From: Azolla caroliniana
Taxonomy: Eukaryota > Plantae > Polypodiophyta
Direction of reading: 5' to 3'
Assembly (NCBI GenBank): GCA_043228905.1
Contig: JBHGNT010000011.1
Location: forward strand, 15,748,001 to 15,812,000
DNA length: 64,000 nt
The position numbers were made by a program, and so were the translations under genes. The number at the start of each line of letters is the position of its first letter. The stretch's first letter is position 1. Of this stretch, positions 1-13,300 are shown in pieces. The notes under the pieces were generated by a model, which saw nothing but the letters and a program-made list of their open reading frames with translations, was not told where the DNA came from and searched no databases.

Positions 1-301
1 AGTATGGAAGAAGTCCAAACATATAAATATTAAACACGGAGCTTTGATAACGTTTGCTACAAACATGGCACTTTGATAATGTTGGGTACATGATTCATGA
101 TGAAGTATTTTACACTCTCTAAATTGGTCTTGGCAAGAATAAAAAGTATAAATATTTGCAAAGAGGTAATAGTTAAATATGTATCAAGTCTTAAAAAAAT
201 GCTAGATGGTGTTGTGGCAAAGGCAACAACATCATTCAAACATGAGTATAAGCTTATATTAAGGTATTCAAGTTTCAACAATAGAATATGCAATATATGA
301 T

Positions 302-752
302 TGTAAAGAATCGGATATGATTCTTGTGCAGCGGAAGAGGTGTGTGTTATGTGTATGTGTGAGAGGAAAGAGAGGAGAGAAGAGAAAACACAAGGTAGAT
401 TAGATAGAATGGAAGATAGAATACTCAAGAAGAAGGTGTATATTCACAAGGAGAATATAAGATACAAGGAGTCACAACCGACCCTTTATGAAGTAGGAGA
501 AGGGTGCTTTATATAAGGTCACCCCCTCTCTTCATTAACTCACTACAATGTCCACTCTCTCTAGAACCTTGAGGAATGTGAAGACTCATTAGTCATTGGG
601 AATATGGAACTCATTAGTTATGTGGCATAGAATATGATTCTATGACACATAGTTAATGTGTAGAGAGTGGTATGACTCTTGACCTTTGAGTGCTAATAGA
701 TTCTCAAAGGGTGTGTTCACACATAATGTTAGGTTGAGCTTGATTCTCAACA
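302..752 (-). mobile_element. Solo LTR, Copia-like, same family as LTR at 61390-61774
   Basis: Bounded by tgtaaagaatc...ttctcaaca, the same termini as the 61390 copy, with shared internal blocks (catagaatatgattctatgac; ctctcttcattaact). TATA-like tatataaagcacc on the minus strand. Flanks atgat/ctacc do not match; no PBS or PPT adjacent. Confidence 0.75.
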
Positions 753-1130
753 CTACCGTTACATTCCAAGACATTAGTAATGACCTTTCAAGTTTCGCTG
801 AATACTGAAAGAAGGGAACCTTTATGGTTTGTTTCCCCAAGGAGTGTGACTAGAACCAATCCCATGGATCCCATAGTAAACTTGCAACATGTTCTTTTGC
901 ATACAACCACATCATATCACACATGTGAGCGATGGAAGGATCAAGCAACCACTCCTTTCCAATTTTCGCAGCCACTCACACTAGTGCGCTTCCACAAGTG
1001 TTGTAGATATTTGTAGTCAAAGGCATAAGGTTGCAATTTGTTGTTGTCAAGAACTTCAAAATAAGAAATGCACCCATTAGCTGATACATTCTTGACTGCC
1101 AACACATCAACCAATATCTTTCGCACTTAG
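753..1130 (-). pseudogene. Degenerate L1 LINE ORF2 C-terminal fragment
   Basis: Minus-strand peptides YFEVLDNNKL, SLLWDPWDW and VPFFQYSAKLER align with YYEVLDNGRL, LQWDSSDYGW and LPFFSYSLALGR of the LINE at 18441-19587. Confidence 0.65.
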
Positions 1131-3949
1131 TAGGAAATTCATCAACCCGAAATGTTGATGTCAGAACTTCACATCTAATACACTCTTATACTCATCTTGT
1201 CTCATATTAATCCAAAATGGTGGTCATCTTGAACATCTACACTGTGCAATTCATTTGGTCAAGTTGCTCTCCAAAAGGAGTCGCAAGTGTATTCTCCATG
1301 AACTCATAATACTTACCTTAAATGTTATTGCTTCTTGAATCTACTCCTTACCCTTGTAGTCTAACAAGTAGAAAACAAGATCTTGTGAAGATAATCGACA
1401 ATACAAAATAGAAGGATAAAGATAGAATATGTTACACAAAGTGTTAAAGCACGATTACAATTAAACGATGACACAATGGAGCTATATGCTCATTTTCTCC
1501 TAAGAGAGCAAATTCAAATAGAACGCAACGGCCTGAAGACATAAGTCCTTACTTTTTTAGCCAATGTGTTTTTTGATCCATTAGGTTGCTAACCTAGTGA
1601 ACAACTCAACTACATTATTAATTTTCAAACCACTTCTATATGCTAATCATTTTCGAATATTCACGCCAACAAGAACCATCTTTAGTTAAGTACATTTTCC
1701 AATTATCTATTTATGTAATGTTACTTGATAGGGTAGACATCTAAATTGGTTAATAACGCATTTCATTAACATTGTCATTTAAGGGGCAATGCCATCATTT
1801 TCACTCATATTATGGAAAATTAATGTGTCAATTTGTTTAGGAACAACCTCGGTGTGCATGGTCTTTTGACTAGAATTACAAACAAATTTTCGTAATTCAA
1901 ATAATTATCAAAATTGTTGCATCTATTCACTATAATTCTTGGAGATGTTTTATGTCTCTTACTTATATAATATATTTACAAATGTTGCATGCTTTCACAA
2001 TGGTCTAGCATCATAAAATCATTTCGTTCTTGATTTCCTTGTAGCAAGTGACCTTTGCATATACGAATCTTGCTAGCATCAATGAAACGAAGTTTAGGAA
2101 CAAAAGGCGTGGACATGAGTTCTCGAATGATGGAATTAGTGTAATAAATTAATAATCACACCATGTTGATGTGGTCAACGACAATACTATATATTGACAC
2201 CCATTTTGTTCACACATATGTAATTTGTTATGTATGATGTGTAAGTATTCGAAAGGGTAATGTGTGAAAGTTCCTTAGTTATTGACTAGTCATATTATTT
2301 GCTCTTACTCTTGGTAATTGTGGTTAACTCGAATTTCCACTCTTCAAAGTAGTGACTTGTTTAAAAGCTAAAGAAAATTACATTCTTACGTTACTACAAA
2401 TTAAACCATGCAATATGGTTCAATGTTTTACTATCTATATATGATAATATGCAAAATTACTCGTATTGTGAAACTGGGGTCACATGATAGAAGGGGGCTA
2501 CTTGTTTGTGAATCAAAAGGCATAAATAATGAGGACGATTCCAACTTAGTGAAAAGAGAAGAATTGCAACACATAAAAAGTCTATTAGGCATAATTGATG
2601 ACTCATGATTACATAAGGGAATGCTATACAACCATCAAAACATTTCCTAGCACATGGTGGCCAACCACAGAGTTGCCATCAATGGATATGGATCAACCAT
2701 CAGAATCTAGACACTAACAAAGGATGTCTTGGAAGGAGTGACATAGTTTAACATTACCATTTTGCACATACATTTATCAATCCAAGTAAAGATTTGTTAA
2801 ATCATTTTAAGAGTTATGTGGCAGTGTCAACATTGTCATAGAGCTTGTATCCATTCAAACAAGTCGAAGGGTAAGAAGTATAAAAATGCGTTGTAGGTTC
2901 AAATTCTCAAATATGAAGATCGACATGATTGGAAGAACAAATGGATCATTTTAGTAATGCATCATTCAAGAAAGTCCACAACCAAATGGAAAAATTCGGC
3001 ATCGATGTAAGACCCTTGGTGTAATCAGTGAAGATTAGGTAAACATGTGTTCCAACCCAACCCATGAAAACAAGGAAAGAAGTTAAAGAATACCAAGACA
3101 TAAACAAGAATAATGTGTTAGCACCCAATGTGAATGCATTGCCTTTATAAACTACATGACACTTTAGATGTTCTTATAGATTAATATTCACATGGATAAC
3201 TCATTAAACATGGGGGTGCAATAATAAGCAATGTTAAGTCTGGACTATTCGACTAAGTGTTGGTTCAAATCGGTCAATGTTAAATTCATAATAAGACTCT
3301 TTCACACAAGACCATGGGAATGCTAATAAACAATATATCCCCTATTAGTGTTCTCCAAAAACCACCCTATCACCCTATCCATGTATACCCTTATGTTTTT
3401 TTGTAAATTCTTAGCGTCTCCTTAGGATGCTTTAAAGCTACTGAAATACCCTATCTACTACTAAGTTCTCGTTTATTTCCATAGGTCCCCACCATACTAA
3501 TCTTTTACTAGTCAGTAATATAGGATGACTACTGGTTCAACAAATCAGAAAAATCTAATATAGAATCATTATGACGATACAAGTTATGACAATGCTATGC
3601 AATGCACTAGAAGAATCCTTTCTACGATCCCCTTCACGCCTAAGAGTCCACGTCTCGGTTGTAAGGACTGAACGAAGACCCCATCCCCACCCTACCTTTG
3701 TTATCCCTCCCAGTTTCTCTATTCAGAAGAATACCTTTGCCAAGCCCCCCAAGTGAAAGCCCAATAATTAGATGTGCAATACGAGAAACGACTAATTAAC
3801 CTGATCATCTCTAGTTGTTGTGTCATTGAAACGTGTAAATTGATCGAGGGTATGCTACGAGATAATGAAAAACTTGGGGGAGGGGGCGGGGGGGTGTATT
3901 TGAATTTTGGGGGAGAGGAGAGGGCAGAGGTATTTCCTGTAATTGTTGT

Positions 3950-6823
3950 ATGTTTCTCGTGGTTCTCTGCACCCAGGAGGCACCATGCAGCTCTGCACAC
4001 ATAAGTATGCTTCCTCAACCGTCTCTTCACAAATTTACACACATAATGCGATGGTGCATCGCAGCAGAAGAGAACCGAGCAATATCTCCCCTCCATTCGC
4101 ACATTCTTCTCAAAGCCCTGCCAAGGATATCATCGAAGAATCATGCCTTCCTTTCGATGCTTCTACAAGCCGGAAACATCCAAGATTCCCTTAAGATCCT
4201 CGAGCATCTGAATGTGGAATCAAGCAAATATTCATCGTGGGATTCTCTCATCGAAGGTTACATCAAATGTGGTGAATTTAGACATGCTTTCACTCTATAC
4301 CGAATTTGTGAACATTCCTTGTTCGTGGATCCATATGTCCTTGTTGGTTTATTGAAAGCTTGCTCGATGCTCAAAGATGCCGAGGTCGGAAATATAATAT
4401 GCCAGAATGTTGTCAAATCAAGGTTATTGCAAGAAGATGTATTCATTGGATGTGCACTTGTTGATATGTATTCAAAATGTGGTCTTTTGGATCAATCATG
4501 TGAATTGTTTGACATACTTCCGATCCGAGATGTTGTTATATGGACTGCACTTATTTCCGGATATGCACAATATGGATATGGAAGACAAGCTTTGGATTCT
4601 TTTCAACATATGCAAATTGAGGGTATCAATGCAAATCCTACCACATTTGTTTGTGTTCTGAAAGCTTGTGGTAACATCAGAGATGTTAATCAAGGAAGAA
4701 ATTTACATACAGAGTTTGAAATGAATGGTATGCTAAAAAACAATCTATTTGTCGGGAATGCATTGATGGACATGTATGCGAAGTGTAATGATTTACAAGA
4801 AGCACATGATGTCTTTGAAAAACTTCCCAATCGTGATTCAGTCTCTTGGAATACATTGATTGGTTCGTATGTCGAACATGATTTTGGTGAAGAAGCACTA
4901 AAGTGTTTTGCACGTATGCAATTTAGTGGAATTTCCCCGAATTATATTACATTTTCATGGATCTTGAGTGCATGTAGCAGTGTTGGAGTGTCTAGAAATG
5001 GGCGAGAGATACATGAAGAAATTGAAAGAAAAGGATTGTTAACAACAAATCACATTCTTGGCACTGCTTTGGTAGATATGTATGCAAAATGTGACCTACT
5101 ATCAGAATCACAAAAAGTGTTTGAGAATTGTTTGATTCGTGACGTTATCTCATGGAACACTCTCATTGCAGGTTATGTTGAGCATGAAAAAGGGAGGGAG
5201 GCATTGGAATGTTTTGAGAGAATGAGGTTCGAGGGTGTTCTTCCAAGTGCTATTACATACAGTTGTTGCTTGAAAGCATGTGGAAGCACTGGATCTATAG
5301 GGAAAGGCCAAGAAATCCATGCTGAAACTGCTAGAGAAGGATCATTAGAAATCAGCTCATTTATTGGTACTGCATTGATTGATATGTATGCCAGTTTTGG
5401 AATGGTAGAAAAGGCACATGAAGTTTCGGACAAACTTTTGGTTCATGATGTTTCCTCATGGAATGCATTGATTTCAGGCTATTCTAAGCATGATCACGGT
5501 GACAAGGTATTTGGTTGTTTTGAAAAAATGCAGGTATATGGTATCAGCCCTGACTCTGTAACCTTTGCATGTCTCATGAGAGCATCTGTTTGCATTGGAT
5601 GTATAGATACAGGAATATGGATACATGGAGAGATTGCTAGAATGTGTATATATGAAGAAGACATTGTCCTTGGTAGCATGCTGGTCGATATGTATGCCAA
5701 ATTTGGGTTGCTGAAAAAAGCACAAGAAGTGTTTGACAATCTTGTAGTTAAGGACACAGTGAGCTGGACTTCACTTATAGTAGGCTACGCACAACAAGAA
5801 CGTGGTGAGGAAACATTAGCATGTTTTAAAGAGATGCAATGGGAAAGCATCTCTCCAGATGTTGTTACATATGCATGCATCTTGAGTATATGTGGTAGTA
5901 CGAGAACCATAGTGGAAGGAAGGAAAGTGCACTGTGAAATTATGAAGAAGGGATTGCTTGAAAGAGACCTTGGTCTCTGTAATACACTAATTGAAATGTA
6001 TGCGAAATCAGGTAGTCTTGTGGAAGCTCAAGAGGTACATGATAAACTTCAGGTTCGTGATATAGTTTCTTGGAATGTATTGATTGGGGGATATGTGAAG
6101 CATGAAAATAGTGAAGAAGTATTATTTCTCTTTAAACAGATGCAATGTGATGAGATATATCCAGATGCAGTCACTTTTGCTTACCTTCTTAAAGCATGTG
6201 CTAATGTTGGTGCTTGTGAAAGTGGTACAGAAATCCATGCTTATATAGAAGCATTGGGATTGCTAGCAACTAATCCTATTGTTATGACTGCTTTGATGGA
6301 TATGTATGCAAAATGTGGTCTGCTCGCTAAGTCGAAAGAGGTGTTTGACGAGCTTCCTGAGGTAGATATTGTTTCGTGGAATTCTTTGATTACAGGATAT
6401 GCACAATTAGGTGAAACAGAAAATGTGATCTCTACTTTTGAAAGATTAATAGCAGAAGGTTGTGAACCAAATTCAGTAACATATGTTAGTGTTCTTAATG
6501 CTTGTAGCCACAGTGGTATGGTTGATATAGGCCATTTCATCTTTGAATCTATCATTGAAGAATTTGATATTACCCATCACTCTCCTTGTATGATTGATCT
6601 TTTTAGCCGTGTGGGACAACTAGAAAAAGCATTTGCAATTGTGGAACATTCACCTTCACATCCCAATGTTGTGATGTGGCTTATATTGTTGGGTGCTTGT
6701 ACAAGGTGGAGTAATGCAGAGCTTGGAGGATTGGTCTTTAAACAAGTCTTGGAATTGCATGAAAGGGAAGCTGCAGCTTATATTTGCATGGGAACACTGT
6801 GCATTTATGAAGAGGATACATAG
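3950..6823 (+). CDS. PLS-class pentatricopeptide repeat protein with E domain and no DYW; probable organellar RNA-editing specificity factor
   Basis: Intronless 957-aa ORF with ~102-aa P-L-S triplets (seven LxDMYxKxG-type S motifs; SWNxLIxGY P motifs), then P2-L2-S2 (VLNACSHSG, CMIDLFSRVG) and an E-like end (WLILLGAC...AAAYICM). Confidence 0.93.
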   Translation: MFLVVLCTQEAPCSSAHISMLPQPSLHKFTHIMRWCIAAEENRAISPLHSHILLKALPRISSKNHAFLSMLLQAGNIQDSLKILEHLNVESSKYSSWDSLIEGYIKCGEFRHAFTLYRICEHSLFVDPYVLVGLLKACSMLKDAEVGNIICQNVVKSRLLQEDVFIGCALVDMYSKCGLLDQSCELFDILPIRDVVIWTALISGYAQYGYGRQALDSFQHMQIEGINANPTTFVCVLKACGNIRDVNQGRNLHTEFEMNGMLKNNLFVGNALMDMYAKCNDLQEAHDVFEKLPNRDSVSWNTLIGSYVEHDFGEEALKCFARMQFSGISPNYITFSWILSACSSVGVSRNGREIHEEIERKGLLTTNHILGTALVDMYAKCDLLSESQKVFENCLIRDVISWNTLIAGYVEHEKGREALECFERMRFEGVLPSAITYSCCLKACGSTGSIGKGQEIHAETAREGSLEISSFIGTALIDMYASFGMVEKAHEVSDKLLVHDVSSWNALISGYSKHDHGDKVFGCFEKMQVYGISPDSVTFACLMRASVCIGCIDTGIWIHGEIARMCIYEEDIVLGSMLVDMYAKFGLLKKAQEVFDNLVVKDTVSWTSLIVGYAQQERGEETLACFKEMQWESISPDVVTYACILSICGSTRTIVEGRKVHCEIMKKGLLERDLGLCNTLIEMYAKSGSLVEAQEVHDKLQVRDIVSWNVLIGGYVKHENSEEVLFLFKQMQCDEIYPDAVTFAYLLKACANVGACESGTEIHAYIEALGLLATNPIVMTALMDMYAKCGLLAKSKEVFDELPEVDIVSWNSLITGYAQLGETENVISTFERLIAEGCEPNSVTYVSVLNACSHSGMVDIGHFIFESIIEEFDITHHSPCMIDLFSRVGQLEKAFAIVEHSPSHPNVVMWLILLGACTRWSNAELGGLVFKQVLELHEREAAAYICMGTLCIYEEDT

Positions 6824-7003
6824 GTACGATGATTTGGAGAAAAGGACAGATAACATGGCGAATTTTCCACCTTGAAAATGCACAGAAAGACAAAGCTTGA
6901 TTTCAAAATAAGTAAGTTAATGTTCACCGGATATTGAACGGGGCCAAAGTCGTCTGGATCTCGAGAGTCAGCCATGATGACTGAAACAGTGAATTGGAAA
7001 TCT

Positions 7004-7150
7004 TCAATGAATAAGTTTGTTGTGTTTGTTCAACACTCAGCCAAATGTTGGATTTGATGTCGGAGTGTCAATCCAGTAGTTGAACTCAATGAATACCAAG
7101 TTTGTTGTGTTTGTGCAACACGTGGCCAAACCTTGGATTTGATGCCGGCT
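7004..7150. repeat. Imperfect tandem duplication, ~85-bp period
   Basis: aagtttgttgtgtttg...ttggatttgatg at 7013 and 7098. Confidence 0.7.
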
Positions 7151-7507
7151 TGGCCAGGACTCAAAGAAGAATCATCAGAAGGTTGGGGTTTCCTGTGCTA
7201 AGGTGTTAGATACTTATCATCACTTACAGCATTGGAACTGACAGTGCCAGGTCGGGGTTGCCATTGCTAAGGTGTCAAGATATTGAGACTCAAATTGGGA
7301 CGAATATGCAGATGACGTGAACTACTTCCCCATATTAGGATCTGGAGTGCCTTCATGAACTACTAAACCATCAAACAATGTGGAAGCAATGTATGATATA
7401 AGTGTTGTAGGTTAGCCAATAGGGCTATCTAATTGTTGTTCAGATTGCCAACATGAAATATGCTTGGCATAATTTGGAAAAACTGAAGATGGATTGATTA
7501 CCAGATA

Positions 7508-7731
7508 GAACATTATCAATGGCAAGTATTACGTTTGGTTGTAAGTGGTTGCTATCATCTAGGCAGAGGGATGTATCATGACATTAAGTTGTTGGATAAA
7601 GAAAGAACAAATGAGTTTGGCTTCTGCTATGTCACTTCACTGTAGGTAATCAACTGGAGAGAACATGATCAATGGCAAGTATTACATTTGGTTGTAACTG
7701 GTTGCTATAATTTAGGCAGGGATATATCATG
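7508..7731. repeat. Imperfect direct repeat of ~70 bp, 153 bp apart
   Basis: gaacat.atcaatggcaagtattac.tttggttgtaa.tggttgcta at 7508 and 7661. Confidence 0.75.
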
Positions 7732-8177
7732 TTCCCACTAAAAAGTGTAGGATTGACTTCCGTACAAGTTAGATGAAGAAGTTACTTGTCTTTGACAATG
7801 CTCTCCTAGAAACCAAAAGTATTTAGCAAAGGGGCCGCTAATAAACAACACAAACTCTTGACTTTCTTGTCCTTTTTTATGTTACATTTTAGAAATACTA
7901 ACTAGCATTTCAAAGTCATGTTCAATCTGCTCTTTCTTTTTCCTTTACTATGCACCAAAATATAATAATGACAATTAGTTGATATAAATAAGGATTTGAA
8001 TTAGGGTATTATTATCAAATGGTATATATTAATGTTCCCATTGCATTACAACCATGAAAATTTTATATTCATTGTCTCTTAAGAGGCACTATAGTACAAT
8101 TCTTAACTATATTTACTTTTGTCCCCTCATAAAATAATGATTTATGGAATTTGTGTATTTAAAAATAATTAAATTTG

Positions 8178-8813
8178 TTATTGGAAGTATCCTTGTAATT
8201 GTTGATGGGTAGGGGAGGTATGGAGGTCTTGATAATGTTGAAGGGAATTAGTAAAGATTGTCCTTTGCACCGTGTCAAGAGATTGATCAAATGTCGTGAG
8301 GTAGTTATGGTTGTGGTTAAGAGTCAAACCCTCATTACTATTACATTGTAGAAATGGTGCAACTGCATTGTAATTGTTGATTGAGGAGTTCCAACTGTTA
8401 TTAGCATTTGAAGCCTTTGAATTTAATGCATGGTCTTCCTTATATGAGACATCATGATTATTGGTATTCATCACGTTTAAGTCATCGCAAGACAAATTCA
8501 CATTATCCAGCATTTGGTGGGGGCCAATATTTGCAGCACAAGATGATGAAACCGAAGATGTAACAATCGTAGAATACGAGTCATGAAGAAAGCTCGGTAT
8601 ACATTGTGAGTCATAGTTACTTGTATGTTGCATGTTCTCTTCAATGAGATGTTGTGGGAATTGACACAAGGAGGGATAGTTGTTGCCTATTGTTGTCAAT
8701 GGTGTTGACAAACCAAACCCTCCTGTATTTCCAAGTAGCAGTTGTTGCATCTGGTGGTGGCAAGTCGACAATTGAGCTCTCACAAATTCCAACTCTGCTT
8801 GAAGCCTTTGAAC
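8178..8813 (-). CDS. LBD: LBD transcription factor, exon 2 (spliced protein ~416 aa)
   Basis: Acceptor cctgtag| followed by VQRLQAELEFVRAQL completes the LX6LX3LX6L zipper; in frame with ORF 8178-8792; GT-AG intron 8814-9691. Confidence 0.88.
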   Translation of the reverse strand, partial: VQRLQAELEFVRAQLSTCHHQMQQLLLGNTGGFGLSTPLTTIGNNYPSLCQFPQHLIEENMQHTSNYDSQCIPSFLHDSYSTIVTSSVSSSCAANIGPHQMLDNVNLSCDDLNVMNTNNHDVSYKEDHALNSKASNANNSWNSSINNYNAVAPFLQCNSNEGLTLNHNHNYLTTFDQSLDTVQRTIFTNSLQHYQDLHTSPTHQQLQGYFQ

Positions 8814-9691
8814 CTACAGGCATGAGTACATCAAAACAAAACTTTCTTTACATATGGAGGATTGGCGAAAAATCATATAAATAACTAACTTTGGATGCTA
8901 CCAACGGAATCGACCTTGTATTAAGGATATCTCAATGGATGTGAGGTCTCCAATTACTGTATCGTAAAGGATAAAATAAAACCTCTAACATAACTAGTTC
9001 CACAAAACAAATATATGGCAGCAAGAGAGGTTTAGAAAGAATATGTATATATCATTGTATTCAAAAATCTTATCAAGGAACATTTACATTTCTTTGGTTT
9101 ATCTGTATATATGTTAATATTATGTTATTTTTGTGACTGTGCTCAACTCCCAGCCAAGTAATGTCATTGGTGAGATTTCAGCCTAAGTATAAGGGTTAAC
9201 AAAGCCATGGTTTACTACTACTAAGGTACAACCCTAAACACATTTACCGGCCATAAATGATCTGTTGAGGGCTTGTGTCCTTGTGTATATACCTATATCT
9301 TGGTATACATGCATAAGAACCATAAAGAAATGGATGGTGTATAGCCCGATATACGCATATATATGTGCACAGTATACAGAGCTCAAACTGCAAATGATAC
9401 CAATGCTGGTACAGCAACGGTATATGCACACACACACACACTTACATACAAAATATGTACACATGGTGAGGCTAAGCAATGCATAACGCACACACATAGT
9501 ATATATACATTATGCATAAATGCATAATATATTTCAAATAGCATTTCAAGACATGGATATGCTATGCATTTCAAGATATGGATATGGTATACATTTCAAG
9601 ACATGGATATGCTATGCATACATTCAACTCTACAGGTACCAAGAGATGGCTTTTGGGCACATGCATTCATGGATATATATACCCTCATTAC

Positions 9692-10306
9692 CTGGTGCTG
9701 GAGAGAGAAGATGATGCGGACACATCCGTAGACGGGATCGAGGAGCCGAGCCTGTGCCTCATACTGGATGGTGAGTACAGCATGCTGTCGCTGCTCGTGC
9801 ACCCCAATCCTCGACAACAGCTTTGACACATTGCTCGCACCAAAGACCTTGTGGACTGCACAAAACCCCTCCGTGCCCTGTTCTGATAAGAAATAGGGGG
9901 CAAACACACACCCTTTCACGCACTTCCGACGCAGAAATTTGCATGCAGCACAAGGTCCGGGGCTCATATACTCATGATGATTGCGATCATTATGATCATG
10001 ATCATGATCATCATGACGATTCGGATAATGAGTTATGTCCTTGTCAAGGTGATGACTATGTTTAATATGTTTATGTTTACGTTTATGCTCTTCTTCTTCT
10101 TCTTCTTCTTCTTCAGATTCTTGTTGTAGCTGCTTTTTGTTCATGTCTGCTTCATATTTTCCTTCATCATCATCATCATCATCTTCTTCTTCTTCTTCAT
10201 CTTCTGCTTTAATGCCACCATGATGGTGGTTATGAAGATGAGCCATGTCCTTATGAAGAAGCTCTTCATCATCATCATCATCATCCTCATCATCTCCTGG
10301 CTTCAT
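9692..10306 (-). CDS. LBD: Class I LOB-domain (LBD/ASL) transcription factor, exon 1
   Basis: C-block [15 protein letters not shown] and GAS block ([14 protein letters not shown]...[14 protein letters not shown]); 205 codons ending LQHQ at donor CAG|GTAATG, phase 0. Confidence 0.92.
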
Positions 10307-13300
10307 GTTAAAAAGGTGATGATGACCTCTTTCCCTATGTTACATAGATTTTAGGGTTAACCGAACATGAGGGAGTTAGGGTTGCTAACAACAATCCAAC
10401 AAGTAGAATAGAATAAAAATTAGGATTCTGCAAACGACGATCAAAATAAAAGGGGATCTAGAAGGTTTCCATGAACATGAGAACAACGAATGGGAACCTC
10501 ATGGTGAAAGGTTAAATAGGAATGAAAAAGAGGAAGGCAAAAGAGAAAGCAAAAGGATTGGGGGGGGGTTTGGCTTTGTAGCTATTACTTTTGTGTAGAC
10601 AAACTTTGGGTGCATCCAAAAAGGACAAAACCAAGGAAGGGGGCTTAAGTCAAAATCTAGAGATTTGTTATTAATAAAGAGGGGAGCTACAAACTCTCAT
10701 AAATGTGGTGGGGGGAGGGGGATGGGGGGGGGGGGTTCCCACCACCTCTCCCTTGGGCCGTGGCTCTTTGCTTTATCGAAAGACCCCTTCCGAGTTGTCC
10801 GTAATATGTAAATATATATGTATATGTATTGCATGTATAGATAGCATACATCATTTCCAGCTCGGATGCCATCTCTCCTCGCTTCATCGTATACCTCTTA
10901 CGTTACATTGCTCGCTTCATCGCATGCCTCTTACGCTACCCCCCCCCCCCCCCCCCCCCCCCAACTGACATCACCTCACTCGGTGTTTATGTCTATCTCA
11001 TCAATATCCCTTGTCATATTGGCATTGCTAACATTCTTCTTTAGATGGTGTTGTCCTCACCATATCCATCTCTTTGTGAAGCATTATCATCCAGTAAATT
11101 TGTGTCATTTTGCAGACGTTTCTCGAAAATATTCGATCATCAATGACAACTATGTTTCCTCTTGTTGCACAATCCCTTCACTAGTCGTGCAACCTTGCTC
11201 TCTTGATGACTTGTTTAATTATTCTAACTAGATCACTTGGTTGAATACCCAAAATATATACCATTCTAAAGTCGTCCGAGAGGAAATCATTACTTGCCCA
11301 TTGTGGGCCTACATATACCTTGACAATAATGGTGGTGGAACTTATTATCTTGAGAGAAAAAGTAATGGATGGACCAATTTACATCTAGTAAACGGCATTC
11401 CTACATCAAAGTGGAAATCCACATGTCTATGATAATGGTGACCCCAATTACATCAAGAAGAAATATGTTATTCACATGAACGATCATTACATTTTGTCAA
11501 ATATGAAGTGATGATGTTAGAAACAACTTCAAACTAATCATTGAATGTGAGTTGGCCAAATTCCATTTCATTTTCAACTGACTTGATTAAGATGCACTCA
11601 TCATTGACTCACATCAATTGTCACATCATTAGATCATTCCTTTCTGGTAGTAGTACCTTGGAGTAGCAAAATATAACCAGCACATTCTTGGCACAATATT
11701 TTTTGGCCTGCATACATGTTTCTTTCACCTCAATTTGCATAAAATTAATACGTACCTAGACATATATGTACAAAGCTTTGATGACTCCATGCTATAGAAA
11801 TAGGTTGACATCATGCTACATGTGAATTTGAGAATATTTATATTATATATATATCATGTTGATATGTAGTCTACATAGTTATTCAATAAGCTCCTTTTTT
11901 ACTAAAGTGCCACAAAGTGATCAATTCATTCTAATTTGTAGGCTTCAAGAAAGTTGTCGACTTTGTAACGATTACCAAGGACATAGTTTAGTTTCATTAG
12001 GTGTATATAATTCAATCTTCAATATTATTTTCAATGAATGACATATGATAAATTCCCCATGGTTAGTTGACAAGAGCATGCAAGTTCAAACTTATGAACC
12101 CAATCATTTGCACATTTATGGATTCAACCACTAGGTTCCATCTCTACTAAATTACATATCAAACTTTTTTGGTCAAATCGAGTTTCATCTTATGGTAGAC
12201 TAAAACTTGCTTTGAGTTGGGAGAAGGAAAATGTCTCCCACAATATTAGAATTGATGAACTGTTTGTCTGATGTCTTTGTGCATTGTTGTCCAAGACCTA
12301 ATCCTTGATATTATCTGTTGTTGATACAAAGAAGAAGTTGGAAGAGGGCACTATGATATTAGGGTCTCTTGGGGTATATTACTTGTATGGTGATGTAACT
12401 TGAAATCACATTAGCTTTCATTAAAGAGAAAAACAAAATGAATTATGTCATGTATTTTTGTGAAGGTGCACATGCACATTTGTGGGTGCCTCATTGTACT
12501 ACAAGAAAATTGGTTATCGGTGCGCAAAGATGCTAAAAGCAAATGGTTATGTAAAAGAAGGTCGGCTTGGTTGGGATAGAACTCAACGGGGAATTGAGAC
12601 GTCACATCTCAAAGAGTTAGTAACCTACTACGTGCCTCTAGCGAATGGCAAACGGTTATTTGAGCTCCTCTGTTTGACCATTGTACAAATGCAATTGTGG
12701 AAGCATGCCCTTTATTTGTGTTTATGAGTAGCAAAACCTACATAGCCAAGCACGATTGCATAGAAAAACAAGCTTTTGTGTCGAAAGACTATTTAAATGA
12801 TGTCCGAGGGTATTAAAGGTGTGCGCGTGACTCTTAACCTAAAATATGTAACTTGCGCCATTTAAACGCAACTATGTATGATGAGATCATATGTAATTAT
12901 GTATAATTAATATGATAAGATGCACAATGACATTGACATACATTACATTAACTACAATAACTCTCCTTAGAGGCGTGCGTGTGTGAATCGACTCTTATAA
13001 ATGATCAAAACTTGAAACCTAAGCAAATAGGCCATGTGTTTTGCTCAAATAGATTAATGTAACTATGAAAATAATATGCATTGCAGCCTAGTTTTTTAAG
13101 CTCCTATTCAACAAGAAACATACCATAACAATAATTGTTATTATTATTTATACGTTTTCATTTCCAAGGTTATCGTTTGCATGTGATCGTGTCAATGAAA
13201 AGTACTTCTAAAATCGAGAACTTTTATAATTCTATTAAATGTTTAATGAATTTGATTTCTTTCATCGCACAAATCCTACCATGTGAATGAATACATAATG

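Noticed and set aside
1130-3560. Short ORFs in AT-rich DNA (also 11.0-14.7 kb and 24.3-25.5 kb)
   Set aside because: No recognisable domains; probably old TE decay, needs BLASTX or RepeatMasker.
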